Positions 12,961 through 26,871 of a stretch of DNA of 64,000 nt are shown one piece after another (the first letter of the stretch is position 1; each line of letters starts with the position of its first letter). The notes beneath the pieces are model-generated. The model ran no database searches and was not told where the DNA came from. It saw only the letters and a program-made list of their open reading frames with translations. The DNA comes from Octopus sinensis (Eukaryota), in the NCBI RefSeq assembly GCF_006345805.1, contig NC_043022.1:8556001-8620000 (forward strand). Direction: 5' to 3'. A program made the position numbers and the translations under genes.

Positions 12961-14259
12961 CTCCCTTCCAGTCTTCCATGGAAACATATCCAACTATGGG
13001 GAAATATTACTTGCTTGGAAACAGGTGAGGGTTGGTGACAGGAAAGGCATCTTGGTACAGGATATCTGCCTCAAATTCTCTCTGACTCGTGTGTTATAGA
13101 ATTTTCTTTGTCGTATTTTTATTGTATATATATATAATTGTCATCATCATCTAATGTCCACCTTGAAAACTGGCATTGGTGGTTTGATAAGAGCTGGCCA
13201 GGCAGAAGCCTGCACCAAATTTCTATAACTGTTTTATACAAACACATACACACACACACACAGTGTTAGGAAGTGCATTCAGCTGTTGAAACCAAGCCAA
13301 GTCAGATTGGAACCTGATGCAGCTCTTTGATTTGCTTGCTCTGGTCAAGCCATCCAACCCATGCCAGTGTCAAAAACAGATGTTAAAGGATGATATATAT
13401 ATATATATATATATAGCAAGCATGATGCAATCTCAGATACTTCAACAATGTCTTTGATGATGGGGCTACTCAATACAGGGCTCACTTAGGGCTAAACAAC
13501 AATAATGCCATTAGCTGTAACCATTAACTTCAAGTTGAACTATGCTTTATGAGTGCAATTTAGTTGAAACTGTTCAGAAATACACACATATGGATGCGTG
13601 TGCGTGCGTGTGTGCATTTGTATTTGTCATATAATGCAGTATATAAGCAGAAATTGTTAATAACCTGGTGCTTCAGAAAAAATCCTTGTGCTATTTGTTC
13701 TGCCCAAGTATGCAGGCAATCATTTGTCAGTGTAATGTTTGGCCTGCTGAAAACTGCATCCTATCAAAATTTACAAAATTTACCAATAAAAGATTATGGG
13801 GAAAATGATAAGCTAAATAATCTCATATTTTGGGATACCTTTTTCTGTTTTCTATGCTGTATGGTTAAAAACCTTACTTCTCAACCATGTGGTCTTAGAT
13901 TCAGTCTGAGCAAGCTGCATTTTGGGCAAGCATCTTCTATCACTCTGGGTCAGCCAAAGCCTTGTAAATGGATTTGGTAGATGGACGCTAAAAGAAATCC
14001 ATTGTGTGTGTATATTTGTGTGTGTGTGTATGTGTGTGTGTATCCTAGTCTTCACATGATGTAATGGTTGTAAATGAGCATCACATACAAGCAATGTTGT
14101 TCATTACTAGTCTTTGAAAAAATTTCTACTTGGAAACAGTGTACCAGCCCAGTCAAACTGTCCAACCCATGCCAGCATGGACAACAGACGTTAAATGATG
14201 ATGATAATACATATTTTTAATACATGCTATATTTGATAATATAATATAACCATCATCAT

Positions 14260-14437
14260 CATCATCATCATCGTTTAGCGTCCGCTTTCCATGCTAGCAT
14301 GGGTTGAACGGTTCAACTGGGGTCTGGGAAGCCAGAAGGCTGCACCAGGCCCAGTTTGATCTGGCAATGTTTCTACAACTGGATGCCCCTCCTAACGCCA
14401 ACCACTCCATGAGTGTAGTGGGTGCTTTTTACGTGCC
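14260..14437 (-). mobile_element. SINE/LINE-tail family C (ggaagggcatccagc...catgctagcatggaaagc + (gat)n tail)
   Basis: Reverse complement of 38935-39095 and 58540-58697. Other copies at 15502, 13140-13390, 41580 and 56760. Confidence 0.85.
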
Positions 14438-14601
14438 ATATATAGATATAGATATAGATATATACACACACTTATATATATAGATATAGATATATACACA
14501 CACTTATATATATAAATGTTTTCTACCATACCCTTGGGCCAAGTAAAGTCTCGTGAGTTGATTTTACTGACACAAACTGAATAAAGCTTGTCATGTATGC
14601 A

Positions 14602-14643
<42 letters not shown>

Positions 14644-15245
14644 AGAGTGTGTTTCCTAATCTTCACATTGTACGATATTGGTAAAAGGGATTTCACTATC
14701 ACACAAGCAGTGTCATTCTCTTGCAGTCCTCCATGAAAACATATCCAGCCATGGGGAAATATTACTTGCTTGGAAACAGACGAGGGTTGGTCACAGAAAG
14801 AGCATCTTGGTATAGGATACCTCAAATTGTGTCTGACTCATGCTAGCATTGAATAAATGGGCATCACTTTAACATTTCATCATCACTTTAAGTGATAATG
14901 AAATGTTAAAGTGATGATGAAAACAATATTGGCATACAGGAATATATGCAGTGTGTGTGTGTGTTTATATATGTATGTATAATGTATAGTGTATGAGCAG
15001 ATATATATAATGTTTATATCTAATGTGTATATAATGGCGATAGACGTATATAGATAAGTGTACTATATGCTTGTGTGTATATTTAATTCTTTAAATTGTT
15101 TCAGCTTCAAAGCTGCAGTCATGCTGGGGCACCACAGTTATATTATTTTTAATTGGAAAGTTACAAATGTGACATAAGAAACGAGAGTTTTGTGAATGGC
15201 ACTTAACAAAGTTATTTTTATCTGTGTATGCACATACACACATTT

Positions 15246-15457
15246 GAGGCCATGCTGAAAAGTTCCTGGCTTTGAATAAAAGAAAATACAGAAGGATCAG
15301 TTAATTATGATTTTATTGGATATATTCCCCTCTCAGATTCACATACTTATTGCAACAGTCCTTTAGTTAATCTCAGCCCTGTAAAAGAACTCAGAATGTT
15401 GGGCTGCCAACTAGGCCTTTTGCAATACCATTAAAGCCAGAAAATTTTCATCATTCA

Positions 15458-15460
<3 letters not shown>
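15246..15460 (-). mobile_element. Mariner-derived MITE
   Basis: TIR atgctgaaaagttcctggcttt ... aaagccagaaaattttca. Homologous to 26935-27146 and 30628-30846. Confidence 0.82.
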
Positions 15461-15503
<43 letters not shown>

Positions 15504-16741
15504 CGTCAGGAAGGGCATCCAGCTATAGAAACTCTGCCAGATCAAGATTGAAGCCTGGTGCAGCCATCTGGTTCGCCAGCCCTCAGTCATATGCCCAACC
15601 CATGCTAGCATGGAAAGCAAATGTTAAATGATGATGATATATATATATATATATATATATATTTGTGTGTGTGCATATGTGTATTTATATTTTCATTTAT
15701 GATTATTTTGTATGTGTGTGTGTGTGTGTGTATGGAATATGTTTCCATCATGGAGAAGCCATAGTGCATTTTTTTCTTTCAAGTTCATTTTGCAGATATA
15801 TACCAGCTGTAGAACACTAATATGCAGATGTACAGATGTGAAAAATTTCACAAATAATCCTATCTTACCCAATGTTAGCAGTGAAAAAATAAATTTAATA
15901 TGGCAATTTTCACATGCACACACAAGCATTCAAACACACACACTTTCTTTCTCTCTCTCTCTCTCACACATATCACACACATATATGTACATACATACAA
16001 TTGAAAAATATGAAAAATTGTATGATTTTTACCTTACCTATGAACGTTAAGGGTTAATAAGGTTTCTTATCAAAGAGTGGGAGGATGAGCAAAGATGCAA
16101 TTTCTGATGCAAACGAAGTTATTTCATAAACTACAATTCTCTCTCTCTTAATGTATATGCACATATATATATATAATGTATGTGTTTGTGTATATATGAG
16201 TGTAAATATATATTTGCAAATATATTTATACAGAGAGAGATGTATGTATATATGTGTATACATGTACACATACAAACATATTTGATATTATATACACAGA
16301 TGTGTTTTTGTGTGAGTTTGGGAAATGAGAGATAAAATACCAAGTAAAAATAAATCAAAGAATTTTTTGCTAGTTTTTATTTAGTTTTGTTTTTGTTTTT
16401 GTAGTCGGCATAAATTACAGTGAAATGCTTCTTGATATATTTGAAATAGCAAAAATTATCTAAATTCGTTTTTCAGAGACTTTTTGATCTGTGTGTAATA
16501 AATCAGTAGATAATATGATACAAAGAATATATTTGGGTCTGAATAATTTTCTTCTAAACACTCACGATGATAACGAAACAACGATAGAAAGAAAAAAAGA
16601 AGAAAAAAATGATAGCAAAAAAAAAGAGAAAGAAAGAAAGGAAGAAAGACAATAACGTCTTAGTCACTAGATTATGATTTCTGAATGTAATATTGCACTT
16701 AATTCCATTTTGATGCCTACAGTTATTTTTATTTCTTCTTT

Positions 16742-16782
<41 letters not shown>

Positions 16783-17438
16783 AATAATGATAAAAAATAA
16801 TAAAAAGATGTTTCTTTGGAATATAAAAAATAAATTCTTTGGAGAAATTATTAACGAATTAAGTTTTCTCAAAACAATTATTTAAAATTTTTAGTGTTTT
16901 CTTTCATTTTTTTTTTTTAGATTAGTTCTTATTTTTTATTTTTTCTCAAAAAAGTAGATGAATTTGAAAATGAGACAGATATTAATAAATAGAAATAAAA
17001 CAAAGAGAGATGTATTAGAAAATTAAACCATTTACCCACCATGCATTCCCACCCCTAAGTTAACTTGTTGAGCTACAATAACTTTAAATAATAAAAACAC
17101 TAAAGTTAATTACTTTATAACTATATTACTATTTTGGTATTACAGAGTATATCTGTAAATTTTCAATTGTCACTGTATCTAGTTGACAGATATAAACACC
17201 TTGTCTTTTAGAAACCATAAAATTTTTGCTATGCTGTACTAACTATATATATTGCATGGCACCTCAGGCCAACCAAAGCCTTGTGAGTGGATTTGGAAGA
17301 CTAAAATTGAAAGAAGCCTTTCGTATAAATGTGTGTGTTCCTCACCACTGCTATGCAACTGGTGTTGGTGTGTTTATGTCCCCATAACTTAGTTGTTGGG
17401 CAAAAAAACCCAATAGAATAAGTACCAGGTTTTTATTA

Positions 17439-17669
17439 GGTGAGCTGGCAGAAATGTTAGCATGCCGGGCGAAATGCTTAGTGGTATTTCGTCTGCCACT
17501 TCGTTCTGAGTTCAAATTCTGCCGAGGTTGACTTTGCCTTTCATCCTTTCAGAGTCAATTAAATAAGTACCAGTTACGCACTGGGGTTGACATAATCAAC
17601 TTAATCCGTTTGTCTGTCCTTGTTTGTCCCCTCTGTGTATAGCCCCTTGTGGGCAGTAAAGAAATAAGA
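17439..17669 (+). mobile_element. SINE family B (tRNA head plus ctttgcctttcatcctttc..aaataagtaccag core, Deu/Nin-domain-like)
   Basis: gagctggcagaa..gttctgagttcaaattc (B-box-like)..aagaaataaga tail. Copies at 30101-30329(-), 37120-37330(-), 40495-40642(-), 51181-51382(+) and 54724-54900(+). The domain name is from memory. Confidence 0.85.
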
Positions 17670-18276
17670 ATAAGTACCAGGTTTTACTAAAATTTATAAG
17701 TATGAGGTCAATTTGTTTGACTAAAATTCTTCAAGGCGGTACCCCAACATTGCCACTGAAACAAGTAAAAGATATGTGTATGCGTGTAAAGCAATTGAGA
17801 AGGGATCAGATAATCCAGGTGTTTACCTCTGGCAGCATTCCCATGAATGCTAGCTATATGAAGTTGTATAAACAAGAATTTCTCCTGTAGTACTGTAGAT
17901 TTCAATCAATCATAACATCCAGGTTTATTTCTGTTGCAGAGTATAAATAATAAGTGAAGAATGGAGTAACTACTATTACATGTATTCCAAAGTTTTACAA
18001 TTGATTATATTCATTTGTTTGGTTATAATTAAATGACTGTGGAGGTTTTATGTAATATACAAGAATATATCATTGTTCTTATCAGTGTCTAAACACACAA
18101 TGTTTGATTTGTCATCCACACTTTATTAAGACAGTTCTATAATATAGAATAAATGCAATGTCAACTACTCAATGCTTCACCTATTATGTATGTGTGTGTG
18201 TGTGTATATACATACATACATATATATATATTATATAAACCAAGTTTATCGAGTGCGGTACTTTTTGAAAAGTCAC

Positions 18277-18333
18277 CTGATGAAGCATTTCTGTACTGAA
18301 GGATGCACCACAATCAGTTGCATAGTATTTCAT
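18277..18333 (-). CDS. Candidate 57-nt phase 0-0 exon (MKYYATDCGASFSTEMLHQ)
   Basis: Minus-strand acceptor ttttgcattgtcacttgcag and donor CAG|gtgact. The other two frames are closed. Confidence 0.2.
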
Positions 18334-19312
18334 CTGCAAGTGACAATGCAAAATGTGTCAAAACGATCGTTGTGATTATTCAATAATCTCATGAATTCCA
18401 TTTTCTTTCTCTCATCTGTCTGTGTATGTGTGTGTGTGTTTGTGTATATACACACGGACACAAATATGATAGCCACAGGCATATATGTTTTAGAATTTTG
18501 CTTCACAACCACAAGGTTTCAAGTTTAGTCCCACTGTGCAACACCTTGAGCAAGTGTCATCTACTATAGGCCATCCAAAGCCTTGTGAATGTGTTTGGTA
18601 CATGGGAAACAAAAAAAAGCCCATTATATGTATCTTTATATATATATATGCATACATGTGTGTATGTATGCATACATGTGTGTATGTATGCATGTATGTG
18701 TGAGTGCATGCATGTGTCTCAGTGTGTTTGCTGCCATTTACACGTCTAAAATAATTGAGTTACAAGAGTTGATGCTATTGTCATATGCTCTATCAAGGAA
18801 TAATTCACTGTCTCCATGAATGATGTGTAGAGTAAGAAGCCCCTTATTTATAAAGCAGTTTATGATTAAAGAACAGGGAATGTATATAGCTATAAAACAT
18901 TGTCTTAATAATCTTTTTTACTAAAAGCTTAATAAGTGAAGAATGGAGTTACTTATGTAACTAACATCAAAAGGATGAAAGGCGAAGACAACCTTGGTAG
19001 AACTTAAACTTAGAATATAAAGTCAGAAGAAATACTGCTAAGCATTTTATCTGGCTTGCTAATGATTTTATTAGCAACCAACACTAACGTATAAATGACC
19101 ACAAAAATAAACAAATGAATGAACACAATATATCTATAGACTTTAATATGTCTGTAGATTTTAGCCAACAGTGTATGTAAGAGACAGATGTAAATCTCTT
19201 ACCTTTACACACAGTATCTTTGTGGGCAAATAAAATTGCAGTCATCTTGAGTAGATTCAACTCCATATTTGGATTTCAGTCTAGTGTTGGGATTTCATCA
19301 GTGACTAAGAAC

Positions 19313-19471
19313 CACTAGTGTAGCTAGAGTGTGTACTGTCCAGGGCAGCCCTTCCATTTGCCACCCCCAGACCCTACAGAAAACATATATTGCCTACAGC
19401 AGACCCAAAGTGGTGCCCCTTTAAAAGTACCACCTGGGGCAGACTGCCCTCCCCCTTTAGCTACACTAGTG
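19313..19471. mobile_element. hAT-type MITE with a perfect 8-bp TSD
   Basis: 14-bp TIR cactagtgtagcta / tagctacactagtg. ctaagaac is duplicated at 19305-19312 and 19472-19479. Confidence 0.9.
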
Positions 19472-19714
19472 CTAAGAACCCTCTTTACTTCTCCATAGAG
19501 ATTTTTTGGTGTTCCTACCAGAATGGCTATATGGTTAAGAAGTTTGTTCCTCAATTTGCAGCCATGAGTTTTTTGGGTTCAGTCTAACTGAACGACTGAA
19601 CGAGCAGCGTCTTGAGCAATTACTTTCAACAAAAACCTCAGGTTGAAATGCCTTGAGAGAAATAACAGAATTTGTGTGGGAGCCTATCATATATATATAT
19701 ATATATATATCTCA

Positions 19715-20190
19715 AAAGCCTTCATCCAGGACTCTACACAATCCTTAAACTGTAGTGTTGGTTTCTGCTAGGGTCACTTTCCCCAAACATGTCCACCATA
19801 TAGCATTGATTGTGTAGAGTCCTTGATGAAGGCATGTAAGATATGGAAGGTCAGTTGGGAAAGCAATGTTTGCCATTGTCACTAGTGGAGGAAACAAATA
19901 AAGGCAGGCATGGGTATTTTTGAAGAAACACCCATTTTTCCTGCTGAACTTAAGCAAGTTGTTTGAAAACGCACTGCCAGTGTAGTGAATAGGGGAAATT
20001 TACCTGGTCTAGTGTAGATAGTGCGCAACCATACAAGAGCTGGTGCTTCAAATCAAAGATGCAGTGTGACCTTTGTTTGAGTGAAGAATTGAGAATTTTG
20101 ACTCAAGGCAGTTATAGTTTGAACAAAAGAACTGAGCTGTTAAGCCTTGTATGCATGTGGCTAAGTATCTTCTATGCAAATACGAACCAC
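19715..20190 (+). mobile_element. PLE remnant: GIY-YIG endonuclease C-terminus plus an inverted terminal segment
   Basis: WSSVDSAQPYK...CDLCLSEELRIL....SLNKRTELLS, then a frameshift and HVAKYLLCKY, matching the PLE C-terminal CxLCLxEK...LNKRxEL motif. Inverted 26-bp repeat at 19719-19744 / 19807-19832. Confidence 0.75.
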
Positions 20191-20787
20191 CTTGAATTTC
20201 ATTCTTGTTCAGGAAAAAAAAACATTCATTTCAAAATATTTGATCAATAGGCTTTATTGATGTATATTTTAATATGTCTGGGTGCATGTCAATATGTGCA
20301 TATGTATATGCATGTGTTTGCTCAGGTTCATGTAAAATAAGCACCCATATACACACACATTGTTTTTAAAATACATTAATTAAAAGTATTACTTCAAAGT
20401 ATTACTTTGACACATTGCTTAAACAGCAACACAATTTCATGACTTCACTTGTATGGAGTTTAAGACATTTCTGATAATATTATCACGAGAACCAGAAATG
20501 AAATCAAAAGCATGAGCTCGAAGCAGCTGTTTTTGCACATGCCATTCACAAAGGTTTTCAAACAGAAGAACCGAAGGATAAGCATTTTTTTCAAACTTTT
20601 ATTTCAAAAAATATTCAGACAGTGCATATTTCAAAAGAAAACCAGGGCTGATTTACCAGCTGATGATCAGAAATAAATTACTCTGGGTACTAGAAATCAG
20701 AGCCTTTCAGTTATGATGTATTAAAGAATACCATACATTTGTATTAAGTCTTATAATTTATTGCTTCTGGTGAGTAAATCAACACAT

Positions 20788-20833
<46 letters not shown>

Positions 20834-21668
20834 AAGACACAATTTATACGCTTACATATTCCCATTTCTTGTTTTTATCCAACATTAACATAGTATATAC
20901 ACTTCACCAATGAACATATTTTTAACAGACACCACACACCCTCTACTTAACCCTCCATTCCCAGTCGGATTCTACCACAATTTCTGTTTCTCTGTGACCT
21001 AAGACCCTCCGAACTAATCACTTCTTATTACATATACAGACTACTGAAATTGATTTATTACATGTCATCACAAAAACCCCATTTATTTTTTTATTTATTT
21101 ATTGCATTATATAATTCATTTTAATAGGCACAAGCCTGGATATGTGATAAAAAGTTTGCTTCCCAACCACATGGTCTTGAGTTCAGTCCCACTGTGTGAC
21201 ACCAGGCCAACCAAATCCTTGTCAGTGGATTTAGTATATGGAAACTGAAAGAAGCTATCATATATATATAAATATATATATATATCAAAATAAGCAACAG
21301 GATATAAAGAAGTAATGCAGTACAAATGATTCAAGTGGCTCCATTTGGTAGCTTCTAACTTGAAGGGAAAACAGCATGGACTTTGTCTGTCTTCTTACAC
21401 TCTTAGGGGATTTAAGTAAAATTATACAAATGTGTCCAACTGATTGAATTAATTCTATTTCGTCATTTAGGATAGCTCTGCATTTAAATTGATGTAATGA
21501 TTACAGTGTTCAATGAATTGGAGCCACTTTAAACGGTTTTACCTCATCACCTCTGGATATCCTGTTGTATATTTTGCTTTTATTCACCTTATTTTGAAAT
21601 TGTATGGATAATACCACACAAATTTTTGGTACCTCAAGTACCTAATTCCTCTGAATCTCTGAGATATA

Positions 21669-21715
<47 letters not shown>

Positions 21716-21887
21716 AGTATTATAAATAGATGAGTGTATAACAATTAACACGGAAAAAATAAATAAATAGTTACCAGGGCAGCAAAAATCTCACAAGTAA
21801 AGTGTGTTGTATCAGTGGAATTTTCGAAACATGTGTCGAAAGTAAATATATTTGATTACATTTGCGTTAAACGCCATTTATTTATTC

Positions 21888-21938
<51 letters not shown>

Positions 21939-22085
21939 TATATATATGTATATGTATATATGTATATATATATGTATATGTGTGTATATATATATGTATA
22001 TATATATATGTATATGTATATATATATGTATATGTGTGTATATATATATATGTATATATGTATATGTGTGTATATATATATATGT

Positions 22086-22121
<36 letters not shown>

Positions 22122-22154
22122 GTATATATGTACGTATATGTATGTATATATATG

Positions 22155-22189
<35 letters not shown>

Positions 22190-22202
22190 GTATATATGTA
22201 TG

Positions 22203-22242
<40 letters not shown>

Positions 22243-22309
22243 AACACACACACACATATATATATACATATATACATACATACATACATATATACATACA
22301 TATATCTAA

Positions 22310-22920
22310 ATTAAATAATAGGGGTAGAAATTGATGTTAATCAATTAAAACCAGTGGCTTAGCATATTTAAAAATCTGAAGATTAAAAATTGTGTTACAA
22401 AATTAAGAGGAATGAGCACTAAAGTGGACACCCTATATGCTAAACATAGACGTCAAATCACTATTACCACGAAGAATGTGTTCTCAAGAAAAAAAATCTC
22501 AGCAAAACACCAAAATGTAAAAATGAGCTAGACAAATGAAAACATACGAAATAAAAACGATTACCTACGTACCATTGGTTTCACTTGTTAATATCTATGT
22601 ATATAAACACGAACATATCTGCAAGATCATCAGCGTAATTTGTCACTTACAAAACACAATTTCCAGAACTAGATAAAGAATGCTTAACTAAAATTGATCA
22701 TATATAAAGTTCTGCAAATTATATTTGGGTATATTCTTTCAAATACCTTCACTTTGGCATGCTGAGGCCGGAAATTACTCTGCAGTTAATAAATCTCAGC
22801 GGCCAATTTATCAGTTAGAGAACATTTTTTTCTTGAGAACACATTCTTCATGGTAATGGCGATTTGACCTCTATGTTTAGCATATGGGTGTCCACTTTAG
22901 TGGTCATTCCTCTTAATTTT
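22310..22920. repeat. Foldback element with about 100-bp inverted arms (22399-22497 / 22824-22920) and a 326-bp spacer
   Basis: aaaattaagaggaatga(g/c)cactaaagtggacacc...atgtgttctcaagaaaaaaa occurs in both orientations. The outer extension 22310-22398 matches the reverse complement of 12577-12685. Confidence 0.92.
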
Positions 22921-23927
22921 ATATGTATATATATGCATATATATATATATATTATATATATATATATATATATATCATCATCATCATCATCATCATTTAG
23001 CGTCCGTTGATGATGATGATGATATATATATATATATATATATGCATATATGCATATATATATATATAATATATATATGTATGTATATGTATGTATGTAT
23101 ATATATGTATGTATATTTATGTATATGTATATGTATGTATATGTATGTATATATATATGTATATATATATGTATTTATATGTATATATATGTATGTGTAT
23201 ATGTATATATATGTATATATATGTATGCGTATATGTATATATATATGAATATATATATTATATATATGTATATACTGTGAAAATACAGACCCATGCATAT
23301 GTATTTATGTATTATGCTGTATGTATATATCTGTCTTAATGCATTTTGTTCTGCACTCTTGAAATAATTGAAATTCCAAAGTTCAAAGAATGTGCAAAGA
23401 AAGACCTATTAAAACAACCAAAAGGGAAAAAAAATTCATAAAATGAAGTTTAAAAAATTCAAATTTTCCAAAGAATAAAGTTTAATATTGGTTTCCTCAA
23501 TAACAACAACCACAATAATGGTTTAAAAATAGGAAAAATTGTGAATTCTTTTGACAATGAGGCTTAAAAGCAAAGCAAGTCACAAAAGTATATTGTTACA
23601 CAATCACCAATTGTAGATTTATTTAATAGATCTATCTGCATAACTAACGAACTAATAGCATCAGAATGAAGTTATTAAGTCAACCATTGTTTATACAGTT
23701 ATGATTAGGTGTTTTTACCTTTAATTATAACATTGAAAGCTGATATTAAATTAATGGCCATTTTAAATATTTTTATTGTTTTGTTGTTTCACTGTCTAAT
23801 TACCTGCCTGGCCATGAAAATGAAGAATGAATTATTGAAAAAGATGTGTGTAGTGCAGCATCTTATTAAGAAATGTGTATGTGTGTGTGTGTGCATATAG
23901 ATGATGTGTATGTGGATAGTGAGTACT

Positions 23928-23983
<56 letters not shown>

Positions 23984-24122
23984 TATATGTATAGATAACA
24001 TCTGCATATCTATATCTACATATGCATATGTATATATACATATATATATATATACATATATATATATACTATATATATATATATATTATATATATATACA
24101 CATACACACACACATATATATA

Positions 24123-24153
<31 letters not shown>

Positions 24154-24255
24154 TATATATAATATATATATATATATATACACACATACACATTATATAT
24201 ATACATATATATATATATAGATATATATATATACACACACACACACACAATATAT

Positions 24256-24295
<40 letters not shown>

Positions 24296-25326
24296 GTATA
24301 TATATATATACATATATACACATATGTATATATATACATATATATATATATACACATATGTATATATACACAACACACACATATATATATATATATATAT
24401 ATGTATGTGGTTGTGTGGCAGGGTGTGTTCATATATATGTGGTTGTGCACTGGGTGTGTGTGTGTGTATGTATGTGAAAACTCATTTCAGGAAGCTGAAT
24501 CTCACAAAAATGACAACACAGGACTGTGAAAAGTAGTGAGCTGCTATGTTGTAGAAGACATATCCAACCCATGCATGCATGGGAAATCTCAGATGAAATT
24601 GATAAAGTTGATTATGCTCACATGAAATATATATTAACAAATCATATGCATGTGTGTGTGTGTGTAAGTATTTGTATGTATGCATATGTCTATATGTATG
24701 CATGTTTTGTTCAGTTTTTGATTATTTAAAGTCTTCCAGTAAAGCAGGAGCTCTTTTCATGTATATACACGTGTGCACATATGCGTGTGTATTGTCATCA
24801 TTTGAACATCACATTTTTCATTGGTTGAACGAAGTTTACAGAGGTAGATTTTTCTTTGGTAGGATGCCCTTCTTGCTGTCAAACCTTACCCTGTCTCTTA
24901 GCAAGGTAATATTTCCCTATGGCTAGACATGTTTCCACTACATATTGGAATTGTATGACGTTGCTTGTATGAGAGTGACACTCATTTACAACTACTATGC
25001 TATGTCAATATAAGGAGGCACAAAAATATGTGTATTCTCACACTTTCTCTCTCCCACACACACGCACACACATACATTACATATATACAAGGGAATTTCT
25101 TCAGTTTTCAGCCTCAGTCAACCAAATCCACTCACCAGGTTTTTGTTGATCCCAGGTAAGAGTAGAAGACACTTGACCAAGGTGCCATGCAATGAGATTG
25201 AACATGAAACCATATGGCTGCAAAGCAATCAGCTTAAGCTTACTGCCATGCCCGTGTCACATCTGCATATGTGTGCATATATATTTATATGTATGTGTGT
25301 GTGCATATATATATGTATGTATTTGC

Positions 25327-25366
<40 letters not shown>

Positions 25367-25455
25367 ATGGGTATGTATATGTATGTGTGTGTGTATATAT
25401 GTGTGTGTGTATATATGTATGTGTGTGTATATATGTATATGTGTGTGTATATATA

Positions 25456-25500
<45 letters not shown>

Positions 25501-26010
25501 ATATATATGTGTATATGCAAATATATATATATGTAAATATATATATATATATATATTAAAGCTTCATTGTTCTCTTTGAAGGTAATATTAGGTTAATTGA
25601 TAGATTATTAGATGATTAATTGCTAAGATTGTAAAATGAAATTATTAGTCGATTATAATGCACGATGCTATTAACCAGCTTATTCTTATGTCAAAATTAA
25701 TATTCCTGCAATGGGATTTTAACTTTTGGAATATCATCAAACAATACAAACTGTACAATAGTTCAGATTGCCAAGGCACCAGTCTTTATTGAGAAAAACA
25801 GTTGTAAATATATAGACATATTAAATTTGGCTTAATATAGAAACTTAGAAGCAATTAACTTCCTCTATGACTCTTCCTCTCCCTGCCTCTCTCTTTCTCC
25901 CTCTGTATCTCTTTTAATTTGTTAACAGAGACTACAAACACACAAGTATATAAGTATATGCATTTGTGTGTATGCATGCACTTATGGGTGTATGTGCTTG
26001 TATGTGGAAG

Positions 26011-26042
<32 letters not shown>

Positions 26043-26799
26043 CATACACATACATACACATGCATGACTGTGAGTTTAAGATGCTCATTTTACACCTATA
26101 TGGCACCTTGAGCAACTGCATTCTACTAAAGCCTTAGGGTGATCAAAACTCTGTGAATTGATTTAGGATATGGAACCTGAAAGAAGCTCATTATGTGTGT
26201 GAAACGTGGAGTTGATGAAACAGAGGCGGCTGGAATTTTCCTTGTGTTGTATGTCTTGTACTCTATCTTTTCGTTGTTTAAGAAAAATGTCCATTTCCTT
26301 GGTTTTGTGTTTATGTTTTCGTTTCTCATTGTGTTTGACGTTTTTTTGGTGTCATGTACCCATATATGCATGTATATATACATGTAAATGTAGGTACGTA
26401 CATATATGTATGTATATATGCATATGTTTTATTTATTAATTTGTTATTATATGACGGAACGCACGCATCCATTTCTAAGTAAGTTTTATCTTAATATATA
26501 TATATATATATATATTATATAATTAGGGCTTAGTAAAATAAATTACTTTGCCACATACTGAACTTAGTAGAAATAGCAGCCAAAAAAAATTTTCTTAGCA
26601 TTTCTACAACTTAAAGAAAATTTCTCTCAGATAATGTTTACACACACACACATAGATTTGTCACTGTTTAGTTAGATATTTAAGAGTCGTTGTAATTTAC
26701 CTATTGAATTTATTTATCAATACAGTTGTACATAGGGTAAATTTGTTTGAAAGTTGTGGTATCTTTGGTGCGTTTGTTCCCAAACAGCACTTATTTTAG

Positions 26800-26871
26800 T
26801 GGTTGACTCCTCTGGATTGAATGGTACTGCCCAAAACCATAATGATATCCATGGGGCAGCTGATGATGGAG
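26800..26871 (+). CDS. Candidate 72-nt phase 1-1 exon ((V)VDSSGLNGTAQNHNDIHGAADDG)
   Basis: Acceptor cacttattttag and donor GAG|gtatat. GC-richer than the flanks, with a single open frame and protein-like composition. Confidence 0.3.

Noticed and set aside
19255-19305. Minus-strand ctgatgaaatccc...ctgaaatcc as a hammerhead
   Set aside because: Stem II does not pair and helix III / the cleavage triplet are misregistered.
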